Origin: Porphyridium purpureum
Taxonomy: Eukaryota
DNA length: 64,000 bases
Direction of reading: 5' to 3'
Assembly: GCA_008690995.1 (NCBI GenBank)
Contig: VRMN01000003.1
Coordinates: forward strand, 434,001-498,000
In this document: piece by piece, positions 20,509 to 32,192 of the stretch
Position numbering within the stretch: position 1 is the stretch's first letter
Layout of the letters: each line of letters starts with the position of its first letter
The notes under the pieces: generated by a model
Database searches by the model: none
Told to the model about the DNA's origin: nothing
What the model saw: the letters and a program-made list of their open reading frames with translations, nothing else
Position numbers and translations under genes: made by a program

Positions 20509-22977
20509 CCATCACCACTCCTTCCCCACTCCTCTCCCGACGGAAACCGCCCGCGCGATATTATTCCCCACCTACGTACACACACACACACACTTTCACC
20601 ACGGACCACCCAAAAAGCCGTCGCTTCTTCTTTCGCAAACGCCTGCCGTCACCGAACACCCCACCAAAAAAGGAGGGCGCCCACCAACGTGGCGCGCGTC
20701 GATTAGAGGCGTGTACCGACACGCGCACGTTCAGTTAGCGGCTTTTTCGTAGCGGACTTGCCTTTCTGCGATTGGACACAGCGATCCGACCAACTGACCG
20801 ACCAACCATTCATTCATTCGCTCACGCGGAGGCGCGCGCGCGCGCCGTTGGTGCGCGGCGTGCGGGTGTGTCTGGCCGTGCCTCTGGTCGGAGCCGGTGG
20901 TTCTGAAAGTGCACAAGGTCGGACGGCAGAAGCCCTTGCAAGGAAGAGCTGCCGTACAGCGCATGGCTTAGCGGGAATGTGCCGTGGTGGATAGCTGCCC
21001 GCGGCGCTAGGGTATGTGTGCAGGAAATCCATCGGTGCGTCGAGCGATAACGGCGTCTCGTGCGCGCTTCTTGAGCGCCAGCGGAAGACAGACGTCTGTA
21101 TCTGCGGGCGTGGTGCGTGGAGTGGCGCGGCGCGGGCGCGGGAATCGAGGCAGTGTGCGGGACGCCGCGCGCTTCTCGTCCGTCGACGCGTCATGTTGTC
21201 AATCGTGAGTCCCAGCCGCGCTGTCCACACGAAACGTCCGGCAAGGAGAGGGAACCAGACTTGCGCAGCGGTATCCAGCGGTGCACAGATGGCGTTCGTG
21301 GTGAGCGCGGTACGCTTGGCGCAATGAGTATGCGCCGGAGTGGATGCGCCGCATTTTCGCTCTTGTTGCGCGAGAATTCGAGTCGATCCGGAAAAGTGGC
21401 GACCACGGCATGGAACGTGGATGAGCCTCTATGCTCTCGAATCATCTGAGTGCTATTTTCGCACACCGCAGCACGGTCGCGTGCTCGGAAACCATTTCCA
21501 CGTTCTTGAAGGCCCACCTTCAGTGGGCATTGCCGCGGCGGGACTGTCTTCCTCATCTTTATTCCGAGAGAGAACGAGACAACAGCGTGAGTTTGTCAAC
21601 TCAATCAACTGTTTCTACGTCTGCTACCATCATTCTTGCTGTGCCTCTCTCGACGGGATCGTCCCTCCCAACGCTTTACCCGCGCAGGAAATTGCGCTCG
21701 AGCATTCGCCTTTGTAAATTAGGTAGATATCCAATGAGTAGCAGAGAAGGGACTATGAACAAAGAGCATGTTACAGATAGAGTCATCGCTTGCATGATCT
21801 CTTCAGAGGGAACTGCTTTAAAACACAAGAAGGTATTTTTCCTTCTGCTCAGAATTCCTCGTTTCTTGGGTCCGGCGCTCCGAATCCGCAGCGTTGACGA
21901 TTTCTCAACGCGTGTATCATTCCGCAGCAACAGACCACCACGCATCGACTTTACGTTGCTGGTGCTAGCCAGGACGTTCGAAGACTCCTAGTGGATCGAA
22001 GCCTCCATGGCATGACCGATCGATGGATCGCGACTGGCCTTCTGAGCAGGCAAGCATGGTCCATCCATACGGCTCTGTAAGCCAGATATGTTTCCAAAGG
22101 ATCGAGCTCTCGCTTCACAAAATGAACGCATTTAATCAGTAGAAAGAGGTTCAGTGCGACGCTGGACGCGGTACAGCATGACGCAGCCACACACGTTCTG
22201 CGGTCATGATGCCGTTGGCTCGACGATGACTTGAGGTGCGCATTGAGAATCACTCAGCCGGCGTCATACACTACGACACACACTGAAGCGCAGCCGGCGC
22301 GCCGCACGCAAGGCTCTGTGCACGAGCCCACGTTGTCTTGGCGTCGGGCTCTGGTACAGATTCCGACTTGGAGTCAGCGCTTGGCCTTGATAGAGTGTTT
22401 GAGTTCTATGGGCACCGCACAGATGAGGACATGAAAGAGAGGACTGTTTCACGACGGCTTCCTGTGCACTATGTCAGCGCAGTGCGTATTGTAGCAAGAA
22501 AAAGCACACACAGACACGCCAAGGAAACAAGGCACCGAAAACCACACATGCAGAGTCGAAAGATATATATTATACATGTTTACGCCTGGACGACATTAAA
22601 CTTCTCGTGAATACAGCCGCTTGTGCCCTTCCATGACACCAACTCGTCCACAACCTCTTCTATTGGACGACTAGTCCTGGGCGAGCCCGCAATATGAGCC
22701 GCGTTGATACGGACTGCTACCACCGCTTAGTGACACAGGGTTACCCAACCAGTTGAACGAAAAGACTCTGCGTTTGTGCAAAACTTTCGGCCATACAGTT
22801 CTCCTTCAAGCGAAGAAGATGGCGTTCGTACTGCAATCCAAGCAAGTCCAACTTTCCAACTCTATGTTTCGCTGCAGCAAGCTAGTCTTCCACCAACATC
22901 GGGAAAAACGGCAAGTCCCGTGGACCCGCTGCCTAGTTTCCAAGTCCCCATTCTCAACACGATGGCATCAGAGTCGA

Positions 22978-23538
22978 CTATTTTTGCCATGAGTATGTAA
23001 AGTCGCCCTGTGTGTCTGCGGCGGCGGCGGCAGCCATATCCCGCTCGCGCTGTTGCTTCCTCTGCAGTTCGGCCATCTCTTGCTGCATTTGCTGGAGTTC
23101 TTCCGGGTTGGGTCCCATATCAGCCGTCATTCTGGTCAGGGCAATACCACAGCCCTCGATGACCGCCAAGAACACACCACCAATGACAGCCTGCTTTGCT
23201 GCAGCCCGCGGACCCGCGCGCATGGCCAGGACGCCACCGGTGATTGCGCCTGATGCAATCGAATTCCACGGGTCCTCCTTTCCGCGCAGCGCGACCAAAC
23301 AACAATCAAAAGTCGAAAAGAGGCCACCCCAGACGGCAAAGCTGGAGCCCAGCGCCGGTGCACTAATCTTCACGTTATCAATCGCGCCTGCAAATCTCGC
23401 GCCGCGCGGCGAGTTGCGCAGGCCCTTGAAGAAGTGCCAGATGGAGCCGCCGCCCAAGCCCATCGCAAAGGCGCCGCCCACATCGTCCAGAATCCGATCC
23501 GGACACGGCTCCCGCGTGTGACCCACCGTGTCACTCAT
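22978..23538 (-). CDS. TIM17: mitochondrial inner-membrane translocase subunit Tim17
   Basis: [41 protein letters not shown] and [14 protein letters not shown]. Start is ATG 23538 (MSDTVGHT). Confidence 0.95.
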   Translation of the reverse strand: MSDTVGHTREPCPDRILDDVGGAFAMGLGGGSIWHFFKGLRNSPRGARFAGAIDNVKISAPALGSSFAVWGGLFSTFDCCLVALRGKEDPWNSIASGAITGGVLAMRAGPRAAAKQAVIGGVFLAVIEGCGIALTRMTADMGPNPEELQQMQQEMAELQRKQQRERDMAAAAAADTQGDFTYSWQK

Positions 23539-23884
23539 GCTGCCTGAAAGCCAACACTCTGCTCCACCACCAAACCACCGCCGCCACTTGCACACCGGAC
23601 ACACGGTCGCGTCCGAGCCCGTCACTCCCTTTCCGGCCTTCCGTCCGTTCCGCCCCCCCCCTACACGCCCGCACGCACTCTCCGCCGTGCGCGCCGCTGT
23701 ACTTAGGTGTTCAGTGTCGTCTTCGCGAGACCGATCCGGAAAGGCGGCCGGTACAGTATGTACAGTTGGGGACTGAGGTTTGCTGATGGCGTGCAGGCGT
23801 GCGTCGGTTGATGCGAGCGGGGCTGTGTGCGCCACGCGCCGGACCTGCGTGCCGATTGCATTTGCGCCGCGCTGAACGGGTTCC

Positions 23885-26527
23885 ATGGTGAGTGCTCTGC
23901 GCGCTGCGGTGCTGGACGCAAGGGCTCTTGCGTTCGGCGTTGCGCGTGCGGCCCTGCGCGTCAGGGCCTTTGCGCGCACCGCTTGGCATGAGCGCAGCTC
24001 GCAGAGACCGGCTGATGCTCTTCTTGCATTGGGTCGCACGGCGCCGTGTGCGCCCAGCAGTCGTTCGGCGCGTGGCTTCAGGAATTCTCCGATAGTCGCA
24101 AACGCAGCGGCGCACGGAAGACACCCACATTTTGCCGATGAGGAAGCGTTCGCAAACCCAACCAATGCGACGGAATTTGAGTTTGTCGAGGACACAGAGT
24201 CGCCGCGCGCATCGGACGCGCCAGACGGTGATTCAGACGATGAGGAAGTTCCAGGCGAATATCAGTACGCCGCGCTGTGTAAAGCAGAAGATGTGGATAA
24301 CGCTGTGCCCGCTGGACTTGAAAAGGGGCAGCGGCCTCATGTTGTTGTTTCTCAGGCGCTCCGCGACGCAAAGGTTTGGTATGATAAAGGAGCGGACGAG
24401 GAAGCGCGTGAAAATTACGCCGTGGCATATTATTGGATACGAAAGGCAGCGGAAGCGGGCCTCGTTCGCGCTCAGTACAAATTGGGTTTGTACTATGCCA
24501 CTGGCAGAGGTGGCCTGCAGGCAAGTGAGGAAGATGCCGTTTCTTGGTTTCGCAAGGCGGCCCTTGCCGAAGACCCTGATGCAGAATTTAGTTTGCAGAT
24601 GGCACCTGAAAAGGACGATTTCGTCTTCCGCGGCCAAGGCACCCAAACACCGGAGAAGCCACCCGCAACCCGAGCTCCAGGAAGCTTTGCCGCTGAGTGG
24701 TTGCGCAAGAGAGCAATGCTGAAGCAAAATTCGACCGAAACACCACGTGCAGCAGCCGTGCCGGGATACGCTGCTGTCACAAGGTCGCAAATAGTGTCAT
24801 CGCCCGGGCACGTTGCCGCGGATGAGTTCCGTGGACCAAACGCAGATGGAATGTATGCCACAGAATGGCTACGGAAAAGATCTTCCCCACGACCTGCCCC
24901 TAACAGAGAGAGCGGTGCGGTAGCTCAGCCCGGACCTGCCTCTCAGCATGAGTCAAGAGAGCCGGAGTCATCTGACAATGTCGTAGAGACAATTATGTCC
25001 ACCTTGTTCCCAAAGAAAGACACCACAGACAAAACAGGTGGACAGACGCCAGCAGCTACACAAGCTGCAGGCAGTGAGTTGGGCGAAAATATCGAGCCCG
25101 GGGATATTCCTGTGGGAGAGCCTACTGATAAATCCTCATCAGCACATGCCGCGGCGCAGTTCAGCTTGAGCTTTTGCTACAAAATGGGAAAAGATGATCT
25201 TTCGGTGAACGAAGAAGGGGCCGTGGAGTACTGTCGCAAGGCGGCCGAAGGCGGGCATACCACTGCGCAGTTTAATTTAGGCTCGTGGTATGCGGCTGGT
25301 GAATGTGGTCTGACAGTGGATGAAAAGGAGGCCGTTGCCTGGTGGACCAAAGCTGCCGCAAGTGGACATTCAGCAGCAATACTAAATTTGGGGCTCTTCT
25401 ATGCGGCTGGAAAAGGCGGTCTCCCTGTGGATGAGCGCCAGGCCGTAGAGTTGTTCTGCGCGGCAGCTCGCGCAGGCAACACGAATGCGCAGTACATGTT
25501 GGCCGTGTCCTATATGGAAGGAACAAGCGGGCTCCCAAAGGACGAGCGAGAAGCCCTGGAGTGGTATAGAAGAGCAGCCGCAAGTGAGCACGTAGAAGCT
25601 TTGTACGACTTGGGCACCTTCTATGACAAGGGAGAATGCACTCTTCTTCGCGATGAACGCGAGGCCGAGAAGTGGTTTCGGAAAGCAGCTATGCTAGATC
25701 AAGCCGAAGCGCAGTATATGTTGGGCGTGTACTACGAGGATGGAAGAGGTGGCCTCAGAATGAAGGAGAACGAAGCCGTTGAGTGGTATCGGAAAGCGGC
25801 AGACAACGGGAACGCCAACGCTCAGTTTTCTTTGGGTTGCTACTACTTGAACAGAGATGGCGCACTAGAAACTGATGAATTCACGTCGTTGGTATGGTTT
25901 CGCAAAGCTGCGGAAGGTGACCACAGCGACGCTCAGTTCTACTTGGGCAGCTGCTACATGCACGGCTCGTCAGGCATGGACGTAGATGAGCAGAAGGCAT
26001 TGGTTTGGTACCGCAGAGCTGCCCTTGGCGGACTAGCCGCCGCGCAATTTAATTTAGGCCTGTTGCACATTCAGGGCAAATGTGGGCTTTCGATTGATGA
26101 ACAGGAAGCTCTTGCGTGGTGGCGCAAGGCTAGTGATGGCGGTGATGCTGATGCCCAGTTTAATTTGGGCGTCTTTTATGATTTGGGCAGAGCAGGACTT
26201 TCTGTGGATGAGCAAATGGCGATGAAGTGGTATCGCAAAGCGGCTGAGAATGGCAATTCCAAGGCTCAATATAACATGGGTGTTTGTTATGCGAAAGGAC
26301 TAAATGGTGTAGAGATTGACGACCTTCAAGCGGTCGAATGGTATAGCAAAGCTGCTGCCAGTGGAGACCCCGGCGCCCAATTCAATTTGGGTATTTGCTA
26401 TGCAAATGGAGAATGCGGTCTGCCCATTGATACGGACAGGTCGAAGGCATATCTGCGTCAGGCCGCTGCGCAAGGATACGCTGGGGCACAAGAGGCGTTG
26501 GAAGAGTTGATTGCGATGATTTCATGA
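23885..26527 (+). CDS. SEL1-like repeat (SLR) protein, paralog 1
   Basis: More than a dozen ~37-aa repeats of the form AQFNLG..Y..G..GL..DE..A..W.RKAA..G. The N-terminus is Arg/Ala-rich and presequence-like, with a disordered insert after the first repeats. Confidence 0.92.
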   Translation: MVSALRAAVLDARALAFGVARAALRVRAFARTAWHERSSQRPADALLALGRTAPCAPSSRSARGFRNSPIVANAAAHGRHPHFADEEAFANPTNATEFEFVEDTESPRASDAPDGDSDDEEVPGEYQYAALCKAEDVDNAVPAGLEKGQRPHVVVSQALRDAKVWYDKGADEEARENYAVAYYWIRKAAEAGLVRAQYKLGLYYATGRGGLQASEEDAVSWFRKAALAEDPDAEFSLQMAPEKDDFVFRGQGTQTPEKPPATRAPGSFAAEWLRKRAMLKQNSTETPRAAAVPGYAAVTRSQIVSSPGHVAADEFRGPNADGMYATEWLRKRSSPRPAPNRESGAVAQPGPASQHESREPESSDNVVETIMSTLFPKKDTTDKTGGQTPAATQAAGSELGENIEPGDIPVGEPTDKSSSAHAAAQFSLSFCYKMGKDDLSVNEEGAVEYCRKAAEGGHTTAQFNLGSWYAAGECGLTVDEKEAVAWWTKAAASGHSAAILNLGLFYAAGKGGLPVDERQAVELFCAAARAGNTNAQYMLAVSYMEGTSGLPKDEREALEWYRRAAASEHVEALYDLGTFYDKGECTLLRDEREAEKWFRKAAMLDQAEAQYMLGVYYEDGRGGLRMKENEAVEWYRKAADNGNANAQFSLGCYYLNRDGALETDEFTSLVWFRKAAEGDHSDAQFYLGSCYMHGSSGMDVDEQKALVWYRRAALGGLAAAQFNLGLLHIQGKCGLSIDEQEALAWWRKASDGGDADAQFNLGVFYDLGRAGLSVDEQMAMKWYRKAAENGNSKAQYNMGVCYAKGLNGVEIDDLQAVEWYSKAAASGDPGAQFNLGICYANGECGLPIDTDRSKAYLRQAAAQGYAGAQEALEELIAMIS

Positions 26528-28353
26528 TCCCCCTGTCCGCATTTGGAGGACGGCCACGCTGAAAGCGCCTTCGCAGAGTCTTGCAGGGCTTATTACTAAG
26601 AATGAAAGCGCACGGTAGCTGAGGAAAAACGCGTCACAACGCATGCTCAAGATGTCATTTGACGGACTGAAGTGGCAAAGAGTACTTTTGGAGTTTTCTC
26701 AACAGGTGGCTGGACCCGACTTGCGCAACGTCATTGGTTTTTGTATAATCGCTTTCAACCACTGTTCGAGTAACCATTGAAGCATGCGAGCTTCACTCAC
26801 CCGCCCGTGCGACCGTCCAAATGAGGTGTTCGCACACGTGTTCCAGGCACTTTCGAATTCACACCGTTGACAAAGAAATAAAATACCAAAACAAGTTCAC
26901 CTCTTTGATGCTGACCGCGCTCATGTCTCTACCCAGTGCGAAGTGGCATTGTTGATCACCCGTTCGAGCATGACTCCCAATCGTGCAGTTGGCCTGAACC
27001 GTTCTTTGAAACTGTTTGGATCGCTCCACACCAGCACGCCACCACAGACTTTGCAGTTCTTGGAAAATCGCCTTCGTCTTGACTCTTGCAGCCACTGTTT
27101 CAGCGGGTGCTCGTACTTACTATACGCGTGGTGGAAGAACTTTCTGGAGTGCTCGGACTTCACCTTATCGATGTTCTTCTAGCCTGGACGAGGTTTTCGT
27201 CGTTATCTCGTGCAGGAGATATGCGCGCGGTGCTTGGACGTCCAGAACCAGTTCTCGATGAATCGGTCAGCGGATTGCATGAAAAAGTGCAGCACATCTC
27301 TTCGCTAGAATGCTTGATGAAGGCACGTCATAGTTGCACTTCGCAAGTTCCTCCAGTACCGCACTTTTGCAGGTTTACCTTTCAGCGTCTTGGTAATCAA
27401 CGTATGGAAAAGCTCCAAGCGTTTCAGGATCATTCCGCCTGATCCATAGTTCACGCATCCGGGAAACCGGCCTTAGGTGCTCGGATCGAGGAATGTATGC
27501 TTGATTAAGACCTTGATGTCGTGCTTTGCTGGCATTTGTCGACGAGACCTTATCGGCTGCGCGGACAGTACGTCAATGGATACGTGGACGTATTGACGTC
27601 TTGTCCATGGAGACCACGATGTCAATGGGATGGGCTGATGTTGCCGCGTAACAGTACTTCAGGTTCTCATTGCTGTCGACAGGTCTTCCATGGCGCGTCT
27701 TGGGGCAATGACCAAGCTGATTACGCTTCCGCGGGAGGTTATTGTATCTGACGGCACTCAGATGCTGTTGCGTGCCGCTGAAGTCAACCAAGATAGCGAT
27801 AAGATATGCGCAGACTTACGGAGCAAAGGCTATCTTATGTTGACCATATGACTCTCGAGCAACCTTGACTTTCGACCGCTTCTCTTTGCACGGACGTGGC
27901 GGTAGTTCATGCCGTTTCAAATCACCTTCCACACGGTATTGATCAGCCCAGGGCCCGAAGGTCTTGTTCCCGCGTCTGAAGGTGTGAGTCGTCTGTGCTC
28001 TGTCGTGCAACTGCCCCAGGTACTGCCGCGCGGCGGCTTCGAAGTGCTTCTCAGATCTACAAAGCACTTCCTCATTTCTTCTTGTCCCACAAGAATACGA
28101 CAGTGTCAATCTTCAGTAATGTAAATCGAATCGCAGCTGTCTCAACCCGATAGACGAACACAGCAGGGAGGCGGAAAGTATCAGACGGTGTTTTGCTTTT
28201 CCCTGTGAATTAATCTGACGGGCGACGCAAGCAATCTTCGTTTGAAAAGCCTAAAGTCTCATTCGGGGAGAGAAGACGCGCGAACATCTTCTTCATCCTG
28301 TGGTTGCTCAGCCGCGGAAACAGCCTGACTCCAGAAAGCTGAGGCGAGGATCC

Positions 28354-30240
28354 ATGATTAGACAGCCTGCGCATACCATGCAATACCAAACGTTGCTGCG
28401 ATGCTCAGGTCTGATAATCCGGCCGAATCGAATGGGGCACGCTTTTCCGCACAGCGTCTCCAGAGGCATGACCGCCCATGCACTAACCAGGCTCAGCCCC
28501 GTAAGTTGTCTGCATGATCCTGCGAATCGCAGGGATGCAGCGCGACCCACGCATCGAAGCGTGTTTTCTAGGGAAGGCGTAGCAGCGACGTGGGTTCGCG
28601 CGGCGCATAAAGTAGCCGGTCGGCGCGCAAGCAATGTACATGTCATGGTGCCAGGTAGACAAACAGAATTTGCGCACGGCTTTGCAAGCACGAGCGGAAG
28701 TGTGCGCGACGAAGCAAAGAGAACTGTTGGTGATCTTACGGATGCTGCGTCTGCGCAAGGTGAGCCAGGGGGATCGCATCTCAACACTGACGACGCAGCA
28801 ACTGCGCGACATGGGCTTGGAACGGAATCGGAACCTTACGTACAAGAGATTAGTGACGGGCTGCGTCGTATTGCCAACGTTTGGTTTCAGTGTGGCTTGA
28901 GAGAGGAGGAGCTTGGAAACCATGTCGAGGCCGTGGAATGGATACGAAAAGCTGCAGATGCCGGAGTTGCTCGTGCGCAGGCAAAATTGGGCTTGTACTA
29001 CGTCAGTGGGAAAGGTGGTTTGCACGCCGACCAGGAGCAAGCGATTGAATGGCTTTGTAAGGCCGCACATGCTGGAGATGTTGACGCGCAGTTTGATTTG
29101 GGTTCATTGTATGCAAGTAGCATGGGTGGTTCGCAGGGTGGAAGCGAACGCGAGGCTTTTGAATGGTTTCGCAAGGCTGCACTACGAGGGCATGTGGCGG
29201 CGCAGTTCAACCTAAGCTTGTACTACAGAAACGGAATGGGTGGCATCACCAAAGACGAGCGCGAAGCGCTACGTTGGTGCCAACAAGCTGCTATGAATGG
29301 CAACAAGGATGCTCAGTTTAACTTGGGGGTTTCTTACCTGAACGGGGTGTGCGGTCTCGTCATTGATAAGAACAAGGCCGTGGAATGGTTCCACAGGGCT
29401 GCTGAAAGTGGACACCTCCAGGCTCTACTAAATCTGGGCGTGCTTTATGCTAACGGGATTGGCGGTGTTTCAGTGGACACAAGAAAAGCTCAAACCTTGT
29501 TCCACAAGGCGGCGGATGGCGGTGACATCAACGCACAATTCACTTTGGGGGTCTGCTACGCGACGGGAGAGTATGGAATTTCTGTAAATGAGCAAGAGGC
29601 AGTCAAATGGTTCCGCAAAGCGGCCGAGAGTGGCCACACAGATTCACAGTACAATTTGGGCGTTTACTACGCGCACGGGAAATGTGGTGTGCAGGTTGAC
29701 GAGCGCCAGGCGCAGGATTGGCTCAAAAGAGCCGCGGAGAACGGACATGCGGGGGCCATGTACAACCTTGCGGTATTCTACTCGAACGGGCAGTGCGGCT
29801 TGCATAAGAGTGATCTCATGGCTCTGGAATGGTATTATGCAGCTGCCCACCAAGGCCATACGGAAGCGCAATATAATCTAGCCGTGTGTTACGAGACTGG
29901 AAGGGGTGGTATCAAGGTGGACGGCGACCAAGCGGTGGAGTGGTATCTCAAGGCGTCAGCGGGTGGAGACTCGGACGCGGAAGTTCGACTGGGCAATATC
30001 TATGCGAGTGGGAAGTGTGGTTTTCCAAAGGACGAAGTCAAAGCAGTGGAGTGGTTCCGCAAAGCCATTGAGAGTGGAAACTCAGGCGGATACTTTTGTC
30101 TCGGGATGATGTATGCGCTTGGAAAGGGCGGTCTTCCTCTGGACAAGCCCAAAAGTGTTGACTTGATTCGAAAGGCGGCGGAGAAAGGCTACCCAACTGC
30201 TCAGCGTTTCGTGGAGCAAGCGGTGGATCCTGAAGATTGA
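28354..30240 (+). CDS. SEL1-like repeat (SLR) protein, paralog 2
   Basis: About 12 SLRs with the same consensus as 23885..26527 and an Arg-rich N-terminus. Start is uncertain; the first ATG is at 28354. Confidence 0.92.
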   Translation: MIRQPAHTMQYQTLLRCSGLIIRPNRMGHAFPHSVSRGMTAHALTRLSPVSCLHDPANRRDAARPTHRSVFSREGVAATWVRAAHKVAGRRASNVHVMVPGRQTEFAHGFASTSGSVRDEAKRTVGDLTDAASAQGEPGGSHLNTDDAATARHGLGTESEPYVQEISDGLRRIANVWFQCGLREEELGNHVEAVEWIRKAADAGVARAQAKLGLYYVSGKGGLHADQEQAIEWLCKAAHAGDVDAQFDLGSLYASSMGGSQGGSEREAFEWFRKAALRGHVAAQFNLSLYYRNGMGGITKDEREALRWCQQAAMNGNKDAQFNLGVSYLNGVCGLVIDKNKAVEWFHRAAESGHLQALLNLGVLYANGIGGVSVDTRKAQTLFHKAADGGDINAQFTLGVCYATGEYGISVNEQEAVKWFRKAAESGHTDSQYNLGVYYAHGKCGVQVDERQAQDWLKRAAENGHAGAMYNLAVFYSNGQCGLHKSDLMALEWYYAAAHQGHTEAQYNLAVCYETGRGGIKVDGDQAVEWYLKASAGGDSDAEVRLGNIYASGKCGFPKDEVKAVEWFRKAIESGNSGGYFCLGMMYALGKGGLPLDKPKSVDLIRKAAEKGYPTAQRFVEQAVDPED

Positions 30241-30980
30241 AGCACGGAAGCGCGAAAGCGTGTGGAGACGTGGCACCAAGCAGTGCCCCAAGGATTCGGG
30301 AGGGGAAGTCCGGCGTGCGTGCTTCACCGTCTCATTTGATTTGAGGCCATTTGCACCAGATAATCCGCGTCATTCTTCGCAGACAAGCCGCAAAATTACC
30401 ATACGCCAGATTGTGGAGTGATGCTGAAGACTCCGGAAGAAGAATATGAATTTGGGGATGCGTTTGGGCATCGGCGCGATCACGAATGTACGCCCATTCA
30501 TCGTGCAGACGTCCGATGGTTTGAACTCTGTCACGCGGGTCTCATGCACCACTTGGTGGGCACGGGAGTAGGCAAAGTTTGTTCGTCTGCCTTGATTCGA
30601 GAATGGGAGAGACGTTCGACCTTGTACCATTTTGCGCAGCGCGTGCCTTCTGCAACAACAGACCCTTCTCACAGGTGCCCTAGACGTTTGTCTTCCAGGC
30701 GCAGCTGTACGCGCTTGTGAGAACACCAGAGGGACCACGCTGAATCATCGGCTACCGCAGCGACGGCAGCCGCCCAGGCCATTCGGCATCATGCGCTGCC
30801 GTGGTTGCTCATCGGAGTCGCTTGCGAAAAGTAAAGCGGTACAGTCAAACCAACTGAACCTCTTCGGAAAGCTCAGAAGCGGACGTCGGGCGGGCGAGCG
30901 GGGCGGCGGAAGAACAGAGTCTTGGCGCCCGTCTCGCAACTGACAGCTTGTGCTGGGGTTCGTGGCGGTGCGGAGGCGGA

Positions 30981-32120
30981 ATGGAGGCATTTGCGATCAG
31001 TCTGCGCGGAGGCGATGTCGCCAAAGAGTTGACAGTTCTGCGTGGGGAGGATCGTGCCGTGCTCATCACGCAGATTACGCTCGCCCAGTACGACGGAGCG
31101 AGGAGCAATCACAAGCAACGCGACGGAGAGGACGCCCGCAAAGACACATCTGGGGCTGGCGAAAGAATTTGTGTGATGCTGGTGGGGTCCGCTGGGTCGT
31201 CAGAGCTCGACAGTGACGAAGATGAGCAAGAGAGCGGCCACAACGGTCTTGGTGCTTCACCAGCCGCTCCCAGGGTGCTGGAGTCCTGCATTGCCGTGCT
31301 GATCCCGGGTGTGTGCGAGTCAGTCTCGCTTCACGTGTATGTGGCCAAGCAGGGCATGGAAATTCGCGCCCACGGAAGCAGGAAGGCAACGGTTTCAGTC
31401 ACGGGAAACGCCCTTCCGTTACCCGAAAGCTATGACAGTGACGCGGATGCCGACTACGACCCAGAGGCTGAGGAGGTCATCGGCGACGAGGACTTGGAGG
31501 ACGAGCCGCCCCAGCTTGTGCCGGCTGCGACCGCAACATTGGCGCGTACCGATACGAGGAAGCGGCCTGCGATCCCGGATCCCGAAGAGCTGGCGGCAGA
31601 GGTTTTGGCCCGCAAAAAGGCCAACAAAGCAGGCGAGGTGGCGATGCGCAAGGATCCGAAACCTGAGTTAGTTCCCAAGAACAAGGTTGAGAAGAAAACC
31701 GACCCGAAATCGGTTGCTGTGCCCGTAGAACAGTCAGGAAAGAAGCCAGTCGCCAAGCTACCGAAGGTCGAAGATGGGGAACGGGATCTCAAGGAGTTGC
31801 CTTTGGGTTTGAAGTACCGTGATTTTGTCGTTGGATCTGGCCAGCGGCCGCGCCGTGGCCGCGAGGTGCACGTGAGTTACACCCTTCGGCTACCTAATGG
31901 CAAGAAAGTCGATGCTAGCGGGAATAAGGGGTTCACGTTCCGGTTTGGAATCGGGCAAGTTATCCGTGGTTGGGATCTGGGCATAGCGTCTATGCGAGAA
32001 GGAGGAGAGCGGTTTTTGCAAGTCCCGCCTGAATTAGGGTATGGGAAAAAAGGGGCTCCGCCCGATATTCCTGGGAACTCGGTTTTGATGTTCGACGTCA
32101 AGCTGTTGCGTGCTGGATAG
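30981..32120 (+). CDS. FKBP-type peptidyl-prolyl isomerase with N-terminal nucleoplasmin-like domain (FKBP53/Fpr3-4 type)
   Basis: C-terminal FKBP domain (GLKYRDFVVGSG, FTFRFGIGQVIRGWDLGI, VPPELGYG, IPGNSVLMFDVKL). Acidic and Lys-rich linker, with an NPL-like N-terminus ending VSVTGN. Confidence 0.9.
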   Translation: MEAFAISLRGGDVAKELTVLRGEDRAVLITQITLAQYDGARSNHKQRDGEDARKDTSGAGERICVMLVGSAGSSELDSDEDEQESGHNGLGASPAAPRVLESCIAVLIPGVCESVSLHVYVAKQGMEIRAHGSRKATVSVTGNALPLPESYDSDADADYDPEAEEVIGDEDLEDEPPQLVPAATATLARTDTRKRPAIPDPEELAAEVLARKKANKAGEVAMRKDPKPELVPKNKVEKKTDPKSVAVPVEQSGKKPVAKLPKVEDGERDLKELPLGLKYRDFVVGSGQRPRRGREVHVSYTLRLPNGKKVDASGNKGFTFRFGIGQVIRGWDLGIASMREGGERFLQVPPELGYGKKGAPPDIPGNSVLMFDVKLLRAG

Positions 32121-32192
32121 TCGCGAGGGGTGTGAATCGTAGGAAGAGCGCCAAGTACATCGGTCCATTTTTTAATATACTAGGACAGTTGC

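Noticed and set aside
23539..24195. Apparent 219-aa N-terminal extension of TIM17 overlapping the SLR gene
   Set aside because: It begins at a non-ATG codon and TIM17 homology starts at Met 23538. The extension spans the promoter and is antisense to the SLR CDS.
26530..28300. Short ORFs between the two SLR genes as a transposon or pseudogene
   Set aside because: I found no recognisable transposase or RT motifs, terminal repeats or SLR remnants, so no call can be supported.
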